NCBI GenBank assembly: GCA_964019335.1
Contig: OZ025650.1
Span: 1 to 64,000 of the forward strand
Length of the DNA stretch: 64,000 nt
From: Diplonema japonicum
Taxonomy: Eukaryota; Protista; Euglenozoa: Diplonemea
Reading direction: 5' to 3'
The position numbers were made by a program, and so were the translations under genes. Positions 11,140 through 22,093 of this stretch are shown piece after piece. Position 1 is the first letter of the stretch, and every line of letters begins with the position of its first letter. The notes under the pieces were generated by a model, which saw nothing but the letters and a program-made list of their open reading frames with translations, searched no databases and had not been told where the DNA came from.

Positions 11140-14010
11140 CTAAGCCTTAAACTCTATTACTTTCACCCCTTCGCTGCCCATAATAGCTGCGCCTCCTTCA
11201 AAGTTAAGAAGCTTCACAGGCTTCGAACTGAGGTCAATACTCAGTATAATGCTTGCGTGGGAGCTTGGTTCCGACTTTTTTGCAGTGTCATCAAATGGAT
11301 CGGCGTAGCGCGGCAAGGTGAGGGCCTCAGGTGCTGGGGGGGAATCGTAGAAGCTCAGGAGGTGTGCTTCATGGTGAGTCGCAACAAGGAGTTGTGTGCC
11401 ACATTGCACTCCGCATGTCAGATCGCATGGCATGCAGTGAGAGACAAGTGTGTAGGCCTTTTGTGTCTTCACTAGCACGTCGACACCACTGAGCGCCACA
11501 GCACACATCAACACATCTTGTTTGGGAGAGGCCAGTGCCACGCATGGCCCCGAGGTTGCAGACTCCACTCCATCGGCATCCATGACACCGTGGCCCTTGA
11601 GGTTCGTAGAAACGAAAACCCCATACTTGCTGTGCAGTACCACACCTCCAGCACCTGCTCCTCCAAGGTTTACCACTTTCTTAGGAAGTACCTTAACCAA
11701 AGGCAGAAGCAAGCCACTCCCTCCATCTTCAACCTTCCACACAAGCATGTATGCCGTGCCCTTGCGTGCCACAGTGAGATACAATTGGTCCTCTGCCGTT
11801 GTTAGGGTCAAGGGCACCGCGTTGCTGAAGTCACGCACCGTCAAAGATTGCGAAGGGTGGCACAATGAGTCGTGCAGCATCGTCAGTGTCATGTCGCCGC
11901 CATCATTCTGACAGACAGAGACAAGATACTTCCCAAAGATGTGACCGATGCGTCGACTGTTCCGTATTTCAGGAACTTCAGTAACACGCCATTTAAGCTC
12001 TTCTATTTGACCAGTCCATAGTTGGTGGCCCTGTGGCGTCTGGAGAATCCAAAACACTCCGTTGGGAGTGTGGGTCATGGTTAGAGGGGCAGGTGTAAGG
12101 GGCAAACATCGGGTAGTGTCGCATGTGGTTGTGAGAATATATTGCCCGCACCACACATCTTGTGATGGAAGGGTTCTGATGATAGGTCGTGGGATGGCTT
12201 CCAACTGTAGGATCGTCATGTGACTCATGTCTGTGCGGACAATACACACAGCACCCGACACGCACACCAGATACGCATGGTCTCCGCTAACGGTGATGCT
12301 TCTTGCGGTGCTTGGCAGCGCCTTCGCCTCAGAATTGTTTTGCAGGACCTTCCGTACGTCTTCACCGTCCCATGTACACACCCACACAGCACTATCCCCC
12401 ACAGCTACGGCAGACGCCTCAAGCCCCATGGGGTTGCTCCACGAATTTCTTTCAGCCATGTCCACATAGTGCACCTCCGTCGAAGTGATATATGCCAGTG
12501 CTGCGGTGCTCGCGTCTGCTTTTTGGATTGATATGTCAATCGATTCCATCAATTCCAGTGACTCAGGCCTGTAATAATAAATGCCTCTCGTGTGCACCAC
12601 AACGATGCAGGGCATCTTTTGCCGGTACCCATGCGTTGCTGTCAACACAACAGCTTCCTCAAGTGTCTCATGAGGGATAAAGGTTAGCTTGGAAGTGTGA
12701 AGGAACGTAGCACCCGCCTCATATGCCAGAACGAGATAAGGATGAGCACAGAAGAGGTCTGAGAAGGCAGGAATAGATGCGTGGGTAGAGAGCGAGGGAA
12801 GTAATTGGTATGCTTTACGTGCCCTGTGCACACGTCCGTTCTCGCCCACAGTGTACAGGTCGCTGTTCACGGCGAGTCCGTCTATGCACCGCAGCGTCCC
12901 AGGCAGAACAGAACACCCTTTGCCAGTGTCAGTCACTGTTGCTAAGCCGCACGCTTTGCCCCATATTACCATCAAGCCATCAAGCATCTCCGCGCCCATA
13001 GCTGCACCTACCAGACCCGTGTTCCTAAAGACGGCCTCTGTGCTCAGCGTGAGGTATCGTCGTGGCTTTCTGTCAGCCGTCAGATGGTCGCCGCACCGCA
13101 CGAGCAAAGCACACGCCGTGTTTGTACAGATGGCAAAGCACAGCTTGTCCCCTGGCACCTTGCGCACTGCAGTAGGGGTACCGATGTCAGAATCGACGTC
13201 CATCACGCACTCTAGCCCCCTGCTGCTGTACACCTCGATCTTGGAGGGGCAAACCAGCAGCAGAGCATCTTCTACACCTTCTATGGGCCACTGTGAAGGG
13301 TCAGACGCAGTAGTTAAAGGATGCATCACTGTCGTGCCAGGGGACAGGTTCCGGACAGACCATGCCGCTTCCTCCAACACAGACCCTCGTAATGACATGA
13401 CATGGAGGTGTGTGAGGGGGTACGGGTCCCCGTCCACCAATGGTGACCTGAGCAGCACGCCTATGCACAGCTTTCCTTCGTAATCTCGAGATGGATGTGG
13501 ACATGCTGACACCACCTCACACCCTTTACTTACGCGCCGGGTCGTGGGCAGCATCCTAACGACGCCAGGGGACTCGGGTGCCTCGCGTAATGTGATGAAG
13601 GTAATGTAGTGGTGGAAGGGGAACACTAGAAGCTTCCTGTGTTGTCCAGGGCTGCCCATGACGAAGGGGTCGTACTGTTCCTCAGGTGCTGCTGGTAGCT
13701 TTACGGCACCAACCCTGCATAGCTGTGCCTCTTGCAAAGATGGCTTGTACACCTTTACTTCTCCACTGCTGAATACAACACCTAGATACCACAGTCTCGT
13801 GTCGCATGAAGGCACCGACACAAGCCGCAGTGCACCATCCTCAACACGGTATTCCTTGACGAGTGATAGACCCATCTTAGCCTTCTCGTACATCTCAATA
13901 CATCCGCCAGCCCTCAACACGACGACACTCCTACCAGCATCTCGCAAAAACTGCTCACAAACTACTGACACAGGTCCTTCATTGGTCCCTTCCACCTCTT
14001 TCGCCTCCAT
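11140..14010 (-). CDS. Large beta-rich protein, possibly a divergent DDB1/CPSF160/SF3B3-type beta-propeller
   Basis: 956-aa uninterrupted ORF, beta-strand-rich. Only weak resemblance to DDB1 (e.g. EEAAWSVRNL..TVMHP). The ORF is solid; the family is tentative. Confidence 0.45.
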   Translation of the reverse strand: MEAKEVEGTNEGPVSVVCEQFLRDAGRSVVVLRAGGCIEMYEKAKMGLSLVKEYRVEDGALRLVSVPSCDTRLWYLGVVFSSGEVKVYKPSLQEAQLCRVGAVKLPAAPEEQYDPFVMGSPGQHRKLLVFPFHHYITFITLREAPESPGVVRMLPTTRRVSKGCEVVSACPHPSRDYEGKLCIGVLLRSPLVDGDPYPLTHLHVMSLRGSVLEEAAWSVRNLSPGTTVMHPLTTASDPSQWPIEGVEDALLLVCPSKIEVYSSRGLECVMDVDSDIGTPTAVRKVPGDKLCFAICTNTACALLVRCGDHLTADRKPRRYLTLSTEAVFRNTGLVGAAMGAEMLDGLMVIWGKACGLATVTDTGKGCSVLPGTLRCIDGLAVNSDLYTVGENGRVHRARKAYQLLPSLSTHASIPAFSDLFCAHPYLVLAYEAGATFLHTSKLTFIPHETLEEAVVLTATHGYRQKMPCIVVVHTRGIYYYRPESLELMESIDISIQKADASTAALAYITSTEVHYVDMAERNSWSNPMGLEASAVAVGDSAVWVCTWDGEDVRKVLQNNSEAKALPSTARSITVSGDHAYLVCVSGAVCIVRTDMSHMTILQLEAIPRPIIRTLPSQDVWCGQYILTTTCDTTRCLPLTPAPLTMTHTPNGVFWILQTPQGHQLWTGQIEELKWRVTEVPEIRNSRRIGHIFGKYLVSVCQNDGGDMTLTMLHDSLCHPSQSLTVRDFSNAVPLTLTTAEDQLYLTVARKGTAYMLVWKVEDGGSGLLLPLVKVLPKKVVNLGGAGAGGVVLHSKYGVFVSTNLKGHGVMDADGVESATSGPCVALASPKQDVLMCAVALSGVDVLVKTQKAYTLVSHCMPCDLTCGVQCGTQLLVATHHEAHLLSFYDSPPAPEALTLPRYADPFDDTAKKSEPSSHASIILSIDLSSKPVKLLNFEGGAAIMGSEGVKVIEFKA

Positions 14011-14087
14011 CTCCTGACGGTTCTTTAAGTAAGTGCTTTCACTTGTTTTTTATGCACTAAATAAATACAAAGATAGAAAGGGATGCC

Positions 14088-14906
14088 TCACTCAACACCT
14101 GAGAAATCGTTTCTCGTGTTGCGCTTCTGGATCACTTTGAGATATCCCTGGTAACTTGATTTCGTATCGATTGCCTGATTGTCGAGCGTCTTCACAGATT
14201 GCATCTTCTCCAGAAAGTCATCGAGACTAGAGGGGATCCGCAAATCACAAAGAAGAGAACTAAGATAGTCGACGGGGAGGGTGGGTCGGTAGGACTGGAG
14301 AAGTGATCCGTAAGAAGATTCTAGGAAACTGGGGGTAAAAAGGCGTAGAAGCTTTCTGGAAAGGATGGGGGAGGAGGGGAACAGAGCGATGAGGGAAGAG
14401 AGACTCTTTGTTGTCACCGCACGCAGCACAGAGAGGGCATGGCGGAGAGAGGGGTGCTTCAGCGTCTTGCGAGAACATGTAACCAGCTCAGCATCAATAT
14501 CGAAAACTGTCCCTGTGAAGGCCAAGAGAATGATTCTACAAGCGATTATATCAGGGGACCTTCCATGCCCAGGCAGTCCCTTAAGCTTCGCAAGGCACAC
14601 CTTCAGCCCAGCTACGTCGCCATCCTCAACACACATCATGAAATGCAGCGCGTAGCATAGTGCCGCGAACCTGCCCCCCAACCCTTGCACTACCAAATCT
14701 TGCCTGATACTGCGCATCTGCCCCCAGCAGAATCGTCTCCTCTTCTCTCCTTCCAGATTCCTTCGTTTCATTATAACGTGTCTCAATGACTTCATCAACA
14801 TTTTCCGCGGCCTAACCTGCGCCATCTTCGGCAATGACGCTGGCCGGAAGTACTCTTTCTCGAGGCTCTTGCTCGTTCCTTTTTCTTTGATATCTTTTTT
14901 TTTCAT
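14088..14906 (-). CDS. SAC3/GANP/THP3 (LENG8-like) PCI-domain protein
   Basis: LEKEYFR...VRP..L..SL...QMRSIRQDLVVQG is the THP3/LENG8 signature; C-terminal SYRPTLPVDYL. Confidence 0.85.
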   Translation of the reverse strand: MKKKDIKEKGTSKSLEKEYFRPASLPKMAQVRPRKMLMKSLRHVIMKRRNLEGEKRRRFCWGQMRSIRQDLVVQGLGGRFAALCYALHFMMCVEDGDVAGLKVCLAKLKGLPGHGRSPDIIACRIILLAFTGTVFDIDAELVTCSRKTLKHPSLRHALSVLRAVTTKSLSSLIALFPSSPILSRKLLRLFTPSFLESSYGSLLQSYRPTLPVDYLSSLLCDLRIPSSLDDFLEKMQSVKTLDNQAIDTKSSYQGYLKVIQKRNTRNDFSGVE

Positions 14907-15105
14907 TGCTTATGATGATCCCCGGCGTTTCTGCAATAGTATTTTCAAAGCTACACAAGGAAACATTCAAAAAAAAAAGCCACCACACGCCCCCGTCCCC
15001 TTCTCTTGTGTAATAAAGTTAAACCTGTTAAACCCCCCCCCCCCCCCCCCCCCCCTCTCAGTACGATAGCCACCACCTAAAGAAACCCTTGAACCTGCAA
15101 CAAGG

Positions 15106-16218
15106 CTAGTGCTTCCGATGATCAGCGAGGATGTCCCTCGCCAGCATCTTGCAGACGAGGTCGTGGGCCTTTTCTATGAAGAAGTGTCCACCTTCGAAGA
15201 TGCGGAGCTGGGCGGGCTTGGGGTGCGTGGAAGAGAGCCGCCCCCAATTGGCGAGTGAGGACTTCGTGATCTCCCGTTCGCCTTGCCCTCCGTAGCCGTA
15301 GAACACAGTGTCGAGGAGCACCTGTCTGCCACTCTCGAGATCCGCAAGCCACCTGGAAGCATCGTCCTCGTCTTGCTCAGAGAGCTTCGAGTCAGCCCTG
15401 TACAGGGGGATCATCATCTTCATTAAGTCAGGCGATTGGAGCAAAGCGTCAGGCAGACCTCCCACCGACGTGAGCTGGTCGATGATGCCCTTATCGGTAA
15501 GCCTGTCGAGGATGGGGTCGGTGCAAGGAACGAACTTCGGGTTCTGCGAGCACATCACCATCTTGTCCGGCCATGTGCTGTGGTTCTCCTTCAGGTAGCA
15601 CGCTAGCTCCGTCGACAGGTAGCACCCCATCGAGTAACCTAGGAACGCGTAGTCAGGTGCACCCTTAATGGCCGGTAAGATGGCCTCGCTGCACTCTTTC
15701 ACAAAAGTGGGAAGGTGGTCGATGGGTGCCTGGCCCATACGGCGACCGTGGCCTGGGTACTGCACAGCGACCACCTCGATCTGTGGAGGCATAAGGGACT
15801 GCACGTCTTTCACAAAGTCAGCGCTGCCTCCGAGATAGGGAAAGCAGAAAAGACGGATAACAGCTTTAGGTCGGTCACCAAAGGTGAGGATCCACGGGTT
15901 TTTAACGATCTTTTGCATGGTCCGTGAGCCAGGCATGCGTTTTACCTTCTCAAGTTGTGGTGTGGGAATAGCTTGTCTTTCAGCTGCCTTCTTGCGCTGC
16001 TGCACTTTGCTTCTGTACACGTCCCACTCTTCCATTTCCCTTCTCACACTCGCAGGCCTCATGTCTTTCCATAATTTCTCAATCTGCGCTAAGCACTCCT
16101 CATGGCCCATCCCCTTTCCAACAACCCTCCACCCATCCGGTACCTTTCCTCCGTCAAGAGCCTCGCAGTACTGTTCCTCTTCGTTCACTAATATGCAATA
16201 CTTATCCTCATACGGCAT
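15106..16218 (-). CDS. MbtH-like domain fused to a type II (GrsT-like) thioesterase
   Basis: N-terminal LVNEEEQY...VPDGWRVV...EECLAQIEKLWKDMRPASVR matches MbtH. C-terminal LFCFPYLGGSA, VQYPGHGRR, GYSMG, LYRAD and FEGGHFF match TEII. Start may be 16218 or 16248. Confidence 0.9.
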   Translation of the reverse strand: MPYEDKYCILVNEEEQYCEALDGGKVPDGWRVVGKGMGHEECLAQIEKLWKDMRPASVRREMEEWDVYRSKVQQRKKAAERQAIPTPQLEKVKRMPGSRTMQKIVKNPWILTFGDRPKAVIRLFCFPYLGGSADFVKDVQSLMPPQIEVVAVQYPGHGRRMGQAPIDHLPTFVKECSEAILPAIKGAPDYAFLGYSMGCYLSTELACYLKENHSTWPDKMVMCSQNPKFVPCTDPILDRLTDKGIIDQLTSVGGLPDALLQSPDLMKMMIPLYRADSKLSEQDEDDASRWLADLESGRQVLLDTVFYGYGGQGEREITKSSLANWGRLSSTHPKPAQLRIFEGGHFFIEKAHDLVCKMLARDILADHRKH

Positions 16219-16654
16219 ATGTGTGGGTGTAAGAAAGACTGTAAACATCCGTGTTGGGTGGTTACCAATAAGTTAAAAATAAGAGAGAGAGGGAAAATCA
16301 TAAAGATGAGGTAGGAAGTAAAGGAGAAAAAAAAAGGAGGCAATAAAAAAAAGGGATGGAAGATGAAGGAAGGTACTTTAAGAAATAAATAAAACCCCCC
16401 CCCGCGAACCAAAAAAAAAACGAATCAACCCCCCCCCGCAATCCTTTCAGTTCCTTTTCTTGTAAGTTGCACGAAAGAAAAAGAAGCATGAAAAAAAACC
16501 AATTATTTGAGAAGAAAAAAATGCTTTTCTTCAGCCAACCCCCCCCCGGAAACCGTTAGGTAAAAAGAGAAAAAAATCGGTGCACACCGAAAGGGAAAAA
16601 AATAACCAACCCCCCCCAGAAGTGAACCCCTGTCAGTTTTCACCGAATCACTGC

Positions 16655-17974
16655 CTAGTAACGGTAGTGAGCGGGCTTGAAGGGACCCTCCACGGAGACA
16701 CCGATGTACTCAGCCTGCTTGGCGTTAAGCTTGGTGAGCTTGGCACCAAGCTTGTTAAGGTGCGCGGCGGCAACCTTCTCGTCGAGCTCCTTGGGGAGGA
16801 GGAAGACCTCAGTCTGGATACCCTTGGGGTACTTGTCGTTGTCCTTGTTGGTCCAAAGGTCGATCTGCGCAAGCACCTGGTTGGAGAAGGAGTTCGACAT
16901 CACGAACGAAGGGTGGCCGGTGGCGCAACCAAGGTTCACAAGCCTGCCCTCAGCAAGAAGGATGATGTGCCTGCCGCTGGGCATGGTGTACCTGTCCACC
17001 TGGGGCTTCACCTCGATCTTCTCCTTGCAGTTCTCGTTCAACCAGGCGACCTGGATCTCAGTGTCGAAGTGCCCGATGTTGCACACGATGGCGTCGTTCA
17101 TCATCTTGGGGAAGTGCTCCTTGGTGATGATGTCGTCGTTGCCGGTGGTCGTCACGAAGATGTGGCACTCCTCAACAACGTCCTCCATGAGCACCACCTG
17201 GTACCCCTCCATGAGCGCCTGCAGGGCGTTGATGGGGTCGATCTCGGTCACCATGACACGCGCACCGAAGTTGCGGAGGGCGGCGGCGCACCCCTTACCA
17301 ACGTCACCGTACCCCGCAACGACGCAGGTCTTACCGGCGATCATGACGTCAGTGGCACGCTTGATCCCGTCGACAAGGGACTCACGGCAGCCGTACAGGT
17401 TGTCGAACTTGGACTTGGTGACGGAGTCGTTCACGTTGATACCAGGGAAGGGGAGGGTCTTGTTCTTGCACCTCTTGAAGAGGGCCTTCACACCGGTGGT
17501 GGTCTCCTCGGAGACACCCACGATGCCCTTCACAAGGTCGTTGTCGAAGCCCTTGGAGAGCACAAGGTTGGTCAGGTCACCACCGTCGTCAAGGAGGATG
17601 TTGGGGTACCCGTTGCCGGAGAAGCCCTTGATGGTCTGCTCCACGCACCAGTTGTACTCGTCCTCGGTCTCACCCTTCCATGCGAAGGTGGGGATCCCGG
17701 CCTTGGCCATGGCGGCGGCGGCGTGGTCCTGGGTGGAGAAGATGTTGCACGACGACCACCTCACCTCAGCACCGAGGGCCTTGAGGGTCTCCATGAGCAC
17801 GGCAGTCTGGATGGTCATGTGGAGGCACCCAGCCACCTTGGCACCAGCAAGGGGCTTCTTCTCACCGTACTCCTCACGGAGCTCCATGAGACCAGGCATC
17901 TCGTTCTCAGCAAGCTCGATCTCCTTGCGCCCGAACTCAGCGAGCGAGATGTCCTTAACCTTGTAGTCAGTCAT
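16655..17974 (-). CDS. AHCY: S-adenosylhomocysteine hydrolase
   Basis: [43 protein letters not shown] and [13 protein letters not shown]. The [10 protein letters not shown] segment resembles the trypanosomatid enzyme. Strong codon bias. Confidence 0.98.
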   Translation of the reverse strand: MTDYKVKDISLAEFGRKEIELAENEMPGLMELREEYGEKKPLAGAKVAGCLHMTIQTAVLMETLKALGAEVRWSSCNIFSTQDHAAAAMAKAGIPTFAWKGETEDEYNWCVEQTIKGFSGNGYPNILLDDGGDLTNLVLSKGFDNDLVKGIVGVSEETTTGVKALFKRCKNKTLPFPGINVNDSVTKSKFDNLYGCRESLVDGIKRATDVMIAGKTCVVAGYGDVGKGCAAALRNFGARVMVTEIDPINALQALMEGYQVVLMEDVVEECHIFVTTTGNDDIITKEHFPKMMNDAIVCNIGHFDTEIQVAWLNENCKEKIEVKPQVDRYTMPSGRHIILLAEGRLVNLGCATGHPSFVMSNSFSNQVLAQIDLWTNKDNDKYPKGIQTEVFLLPKELDEKVAAAHLNKLGAKLTKLNAKQAEYIGVSVEGPFKPAHYRY

Positions 17975-18853
17975 TTTGATGTTTTTTGTTTTGTTGATAA
18001 TAACCTGAAGGAGTTAAAACCGTGTTTGACAGCACAAGCAAAAAGAAGCTATTCACGGCACAATATAAAAAAAAGAAGAAAGGGAGAGTCGAGAAGGAGG
18101 CGAAAGGAAGTACCCAGAAGAAAAGGAGGGGCCGAAACAAAAACGAGCGCACAGACACTATATTTCCATTCTTATTTTAACGTCCTTCCCCCGTTCCCCT
18201 TGTTTTCTCCTCCCCCAGTTTTCTTGTCCCATCTTTCTCTCCCTTCCGAATCGAAGAAAGGGGCGTGTGGCGGGGGAAGGGAAAAAACAAAAACAAAATC
18301 AAAAAACAATAGACATATATTGGACAGCGCACTCATTTCTTCTCTCCAGCGGGACTATCAAAAAAAAAAAAAGAAGAAGAATCGAATATTTCTGTACAGA
18401 GTATTTTTCTTCTTTTTGAAGAGAAGCCGTAAAATATTCTTCTTTTTCTTCTTTTCTTTTTTCTTTTTTGAATTGGATCACAAGAATAGATATCTTTTTC
18501 TCTTTTCCGACGCTTCATCCTCTTGCTTCTTGTTTTCGAGAACAAAATTACAGCTATAAAGTGATGTCAAAGTACCAGCCGTTTAAAAAAAAAAATGATT
18601 GACAATGCACAAGGGTGTCGACATTGTTTCGTAGAAACCTCCCTCTAAACGTTTAGTCTTGTCACTAATTGACTACAGCGGCTTTTGAAGAAAAATAAAT
18701 TGAATTTTATTAATACAAAGAGCCCTTTTTTTTCCCCTTCTTTTTTTTAAATCTCTTTTTTTTCCCCCCGTTCAGTCAAAAAAAAAAACACGAGATGAAA
18801 AAAAAACCTCCACAAAACGTTGAACAAAAAAATTGGGGGGGGGGGGAATACAA

Positions 18854-20056
18854 TCAGTTCGTGCAGAATGAGCTTACCCATTCCACCCCGGAGGACCCAG
18901 GGGTGTCTTTTTGGCAGTTCCCTGACACCTGATATTGAGGAATGTTCAGTCCTGTGCAATCATTGCTGAGGATGAAGGTGTTGTACGTCATTCCAAAATT
19001 CGTGCAGTTGTTGATGTACAAGGAACCGCCGCCTGCAGATTGGAGGCAAGTGTTTTGTGGGAAAGTATACGGGGTGCAAGACCCGCAAGTGGAGTTTGTA
19101 CAGATTTTTTGAGTGAATGACCCAGACGGCGGTGGCGACGGTGTTGGGGGCGGTGTACCACCGACAATAGACGTAGCAGGCCAGTCTGCAATCAAACACA
19201 GATTATCTCCCCTCAATATTCGTATATATCCACCCTCCCCCCACCCAACTCCCCACGAATTCTTCACAATCCACGCGTTCTTCGTAAAACCAACCACCAA
19301 TGCTGAATGGTTCTCCTCCACGCCTACGCATTCTACCAAAACGCCAGAAATGTAATTCTGCCAAGTTGTGGCATCAACACCAACTGATAAAGGCCCGTTC
19401 TGTGATATCCATTGTGCCATGGAATCTTCATAAGGTTGGGTTGAAGAGTACCCTGAGATCAATGCTCCAGGGCGTAGCCCTGAAAGGTCACATGAAGTTT
19501 CTTGGCCTATGTAAGGGAAGGAATTCTCTGTGCCGATAACACCTCCATGGGTCTCGAGAAGCCATTTCCATGTGGCAATGGTATCACCACCGCTGCATGT
19601 TCCTGTTGAACATGACACCAGCTCCTGTTCAGACAAGGAAGTGAGGTTTTTGCCGGACAGGAACCATTGTCCTTCAATGCTGCCTGTTGCTGCAAAGGCG
19701 TAAGATGCCAAGCAGCCTTCTTGGTTTTTCACGCGGGTTACGGCACCATAGGCTCGCCAGTCGATCGGTTGTGGAGGCTGGGTGTTTGTAGGTGCTTGTT
19801 TTAATGAGGTGCGTTCTCTCTTCCCCCTCCCCTTTGATAGGTATTGTGTTCTGAACTCGTCTCTTGTCAAATCGGACAGCAAGCCCCCCAAGCTCCCCTT
19901 TTCCTTTATCATTCGCAAATTAGTCTCCCATATGCCCCTTCGCTTCTCGTCTTCTGCGTCGCTGCTATACTGTTTATGATACTTTGCTTTGTACCCCTCC
20001 CAGTCGGTCGCCCCCACCATGCTGACCAACAATGCTAGCGTTGTTGTTAATTTCAT
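18854..20056 (-). CDS. Secreted papain-family (C1A) cathepsin L/cruzipain-like protein with catalytic Cys->Ser (silicatein-type motif) and a Cys-rich C-terminal extension
   Basis: Signal peptide, I29-like propeptide, DWRAYGAVTRVKNQ, QEGCLASYAF in place of QGxCGSCWAF, LSEQELVSC, NHSALVVG, WIVKNSWG. A poly-Pro hinge precedes FTQKIC..C..C...C. Confidence 0.92.
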   Translation of the reverse strand: MKLTTTLALLVSMVGATDWEGYKAKYHKQYSSDAEDEKRRGIWETNLRMIKEKGSLGGLLSDLTRDEFRTQYLSKGRGKRERTSLKQAPTNTQPPQPIDWRAYGAVTRVKNQEGCLASYAFAATGSIEGQWFLSGKNLTSLSEQELVSCSTGTCSGGDTIATWKWLLETHGGVIGTENSFPYIGQETSCDLSGLRPGALISGYSSTQPYEDSMAQWISQNGPLSVGVDATTWQNYISGVLVECVGVEENHSALVVGFTKNAWIVKNSWGVGWGEGGYIRILRGDNLCLIADWPATSIVGGTPPPTPSPPPSGSFTQKICTNSTCGSCTPYTFPQNTCLQSAGGGSLYINNCTNFGMTYNTFILSNDCTGLNIPQYQVSGNCQKDTPGSSGVEWVSSFCTN

Positions 20057-20855
20057 TTTTTTTTCTTTTTTTTTTCTCTTTTATCTTGTTCGTTATTTCT
20101 TTTTTTTATATTTTTTATATAATTTTCTTTCTTTTCTTGAATGGGTCCTCCCTTTCCCAACCTTTGGTTTTTTTTTCTTCTTTTTTTCTTTTTAAAATGT
20201 TGCTAATTTGAAAAAAAAAATGAAAATGTGAGGCTGGCGCGGGGGTGGAAAAAAAAACCTTGAAACAGAAGGTGAAAAAGGGGGAAACTAAAAAAGGTGA
20301 AAAAAAGGAGGGGGGGCCGTATGTGGATAAAAGAAAAAAATGAAAAAAAAAAAAGATGTCTTTGAGGGACCTGCAGTATGTGACAGGATCGCCCAATATA
20401 AAAAGAGAAATGGAACGAGGAATGTAGCTTTTTCTTTTTGAAAATAAAAGGGAGGGTATAACTTTTCTTTTCCGTCTTTTTTCTTTTTCTGTTTTACTTT
20501 TTTCTTGCCTGAAACCCTTATCGAGACCATGCTGCCGAACTTAAAACCTTCCCTTCAAAAGGCGCTTGGTCATTGAAAAAAAAACATTCTTCTCCAAATC
20601 GAATGAGGGAAAAAAGAAAAAAAAAATCCATTTTTTTCGTCGCTTTCCTTTTTTTTTTAACTCTTTTTTCAAAACCTTTTTCTTTTTTTTCTAAATTACC
20701 ATTTCAAAGAAAAAAACTTTTTCCTCACAGTGACAAAGTTCCATTTCTATCGGGGGGTTGGGTGACAAAAAGAAAATTGATGTGGGGGGAGTGAAAAAAA
20801 AAAAAACACTAAAAAAAAAAAAAAAAAAAAAAAATATATATGATCAAAAAAATTC

Positions 20856-21955
20856 TTATTCAAATTCAGCAACCTTACCAGGGGACTCAAAGTAGTCAGA
20901 GTCGAAGTGGTGGAGACGGACGAAACCATCTTCACCACCGGAGGCGAAGCCGAGACCGTTGGGCTCGCTGGCAAGGGCGTTGACAGGACCGAAATGACCA
21001 GCGATGGTTCCGAGTTCGTCACCGAAGACCTTGTGCATAAATTTGATATCGAATTTGTTCTGGTGGGAAGCGACGTTGGTGATAGACTGCGCGTCAAGAC
21101 CACCACCAAGCACAACGTGGCTCATCACAGAGTTGTTGGTGATGAAGGCGTCGTTTACCGGGAACTCGTTCTGGTAGGTCTTGATGATCGAAACATCTCT
21201 CGCGTCCAGCAGCTTCGCGGTCTTGTCCCATCCTGCCGTCACCATAGTGCAGTAGTCCGAGTCCCACGAGATCCTCCTTGCCTCGTACCCTTCGTGGGGC
21301 AAGCTGAAGCACTTCTCCTTCCCTGTCTCCACGTCCAGTACTGCCACAGACCCGTCCTCACTGCAGAAGTAGATGCTGTCGTTACCCGGGCCCCAAATCG
21401 CCATGTTCACCTTCTCAGGGGTCGTGAACTTCATGAACGGGTTGTACTCGCACTTGTTTTCTGCGATATCCCCCATTTCAGGGATGTGGAAGATGTTGAT
21501 AGCTGGGGTCTTACCCATGGACTGAAGGGGTTTTTATTATTATTGTTATTATTATTTTCTTTTTTTGTTGCAATACCTTGTCGGTCACGGTTGCGAGCAT
21601 CCTGTCACCGTGGGCCCACGACACGCACCTCGAGGGTGTTGGGTGCTTTAGGAGCGCCAGCTGTTCGCCGGTCTCCACGTTCCATATTCTTGTCGACTGG
21701 TCAGCCCCTGCAGTCGCCAGAAGCGTGCTCGCAGCGTTCACGTCACACCCCCACACAGCACCCGTGTGGCCCTCGTACGTTCCCAGCCTCTCTCCAGTCT
21801 CTGCGTTCCACACCGTCGGGTTTGTGTCCTTCGCCGTCGAGAACAGCAAATCACCCTCCTTGTTATACTTAACCTGTGCAGTGTGGGATTATTGTGTTGC
21901 CGCCCCATACCATCGTTACGGCACGAGTGTGCCCATGAAGTGCCAAAGGTCTCAT
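20856..21955 (-). CDS. EIF3I: Eukaryotic translation initiation factor 3 subunit I (WD40); 2 introns (21874-21910, 21522-21576)
   Basis: The spliced product begins [31 protein letters not shown] and ends GHFGPVNALA...SGGEDGFVRLHHFD. Confidence 0.95.
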
Positions 21956-22093
21956 TTTATTTAATTTATTCCCCTGATCACCTTTTTGGGGGTGTTTTCT
22001 TTTCTTTTTTTCTTTTTATATTTTTCTCCCATTGACGGACAGCATCGGAAGGTATAAATAAGAATCTGATAACTGTTAATAACTCGCTCCTCC

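Noticed and set aside
16580-18559. 659-aa and 429-aa plus-strand ORFs over SAHH, and other long plus-strand ORFs
   Set aside because: These are antisense shadows of codon-biased minus-strand genes, with no recognisable motifs.
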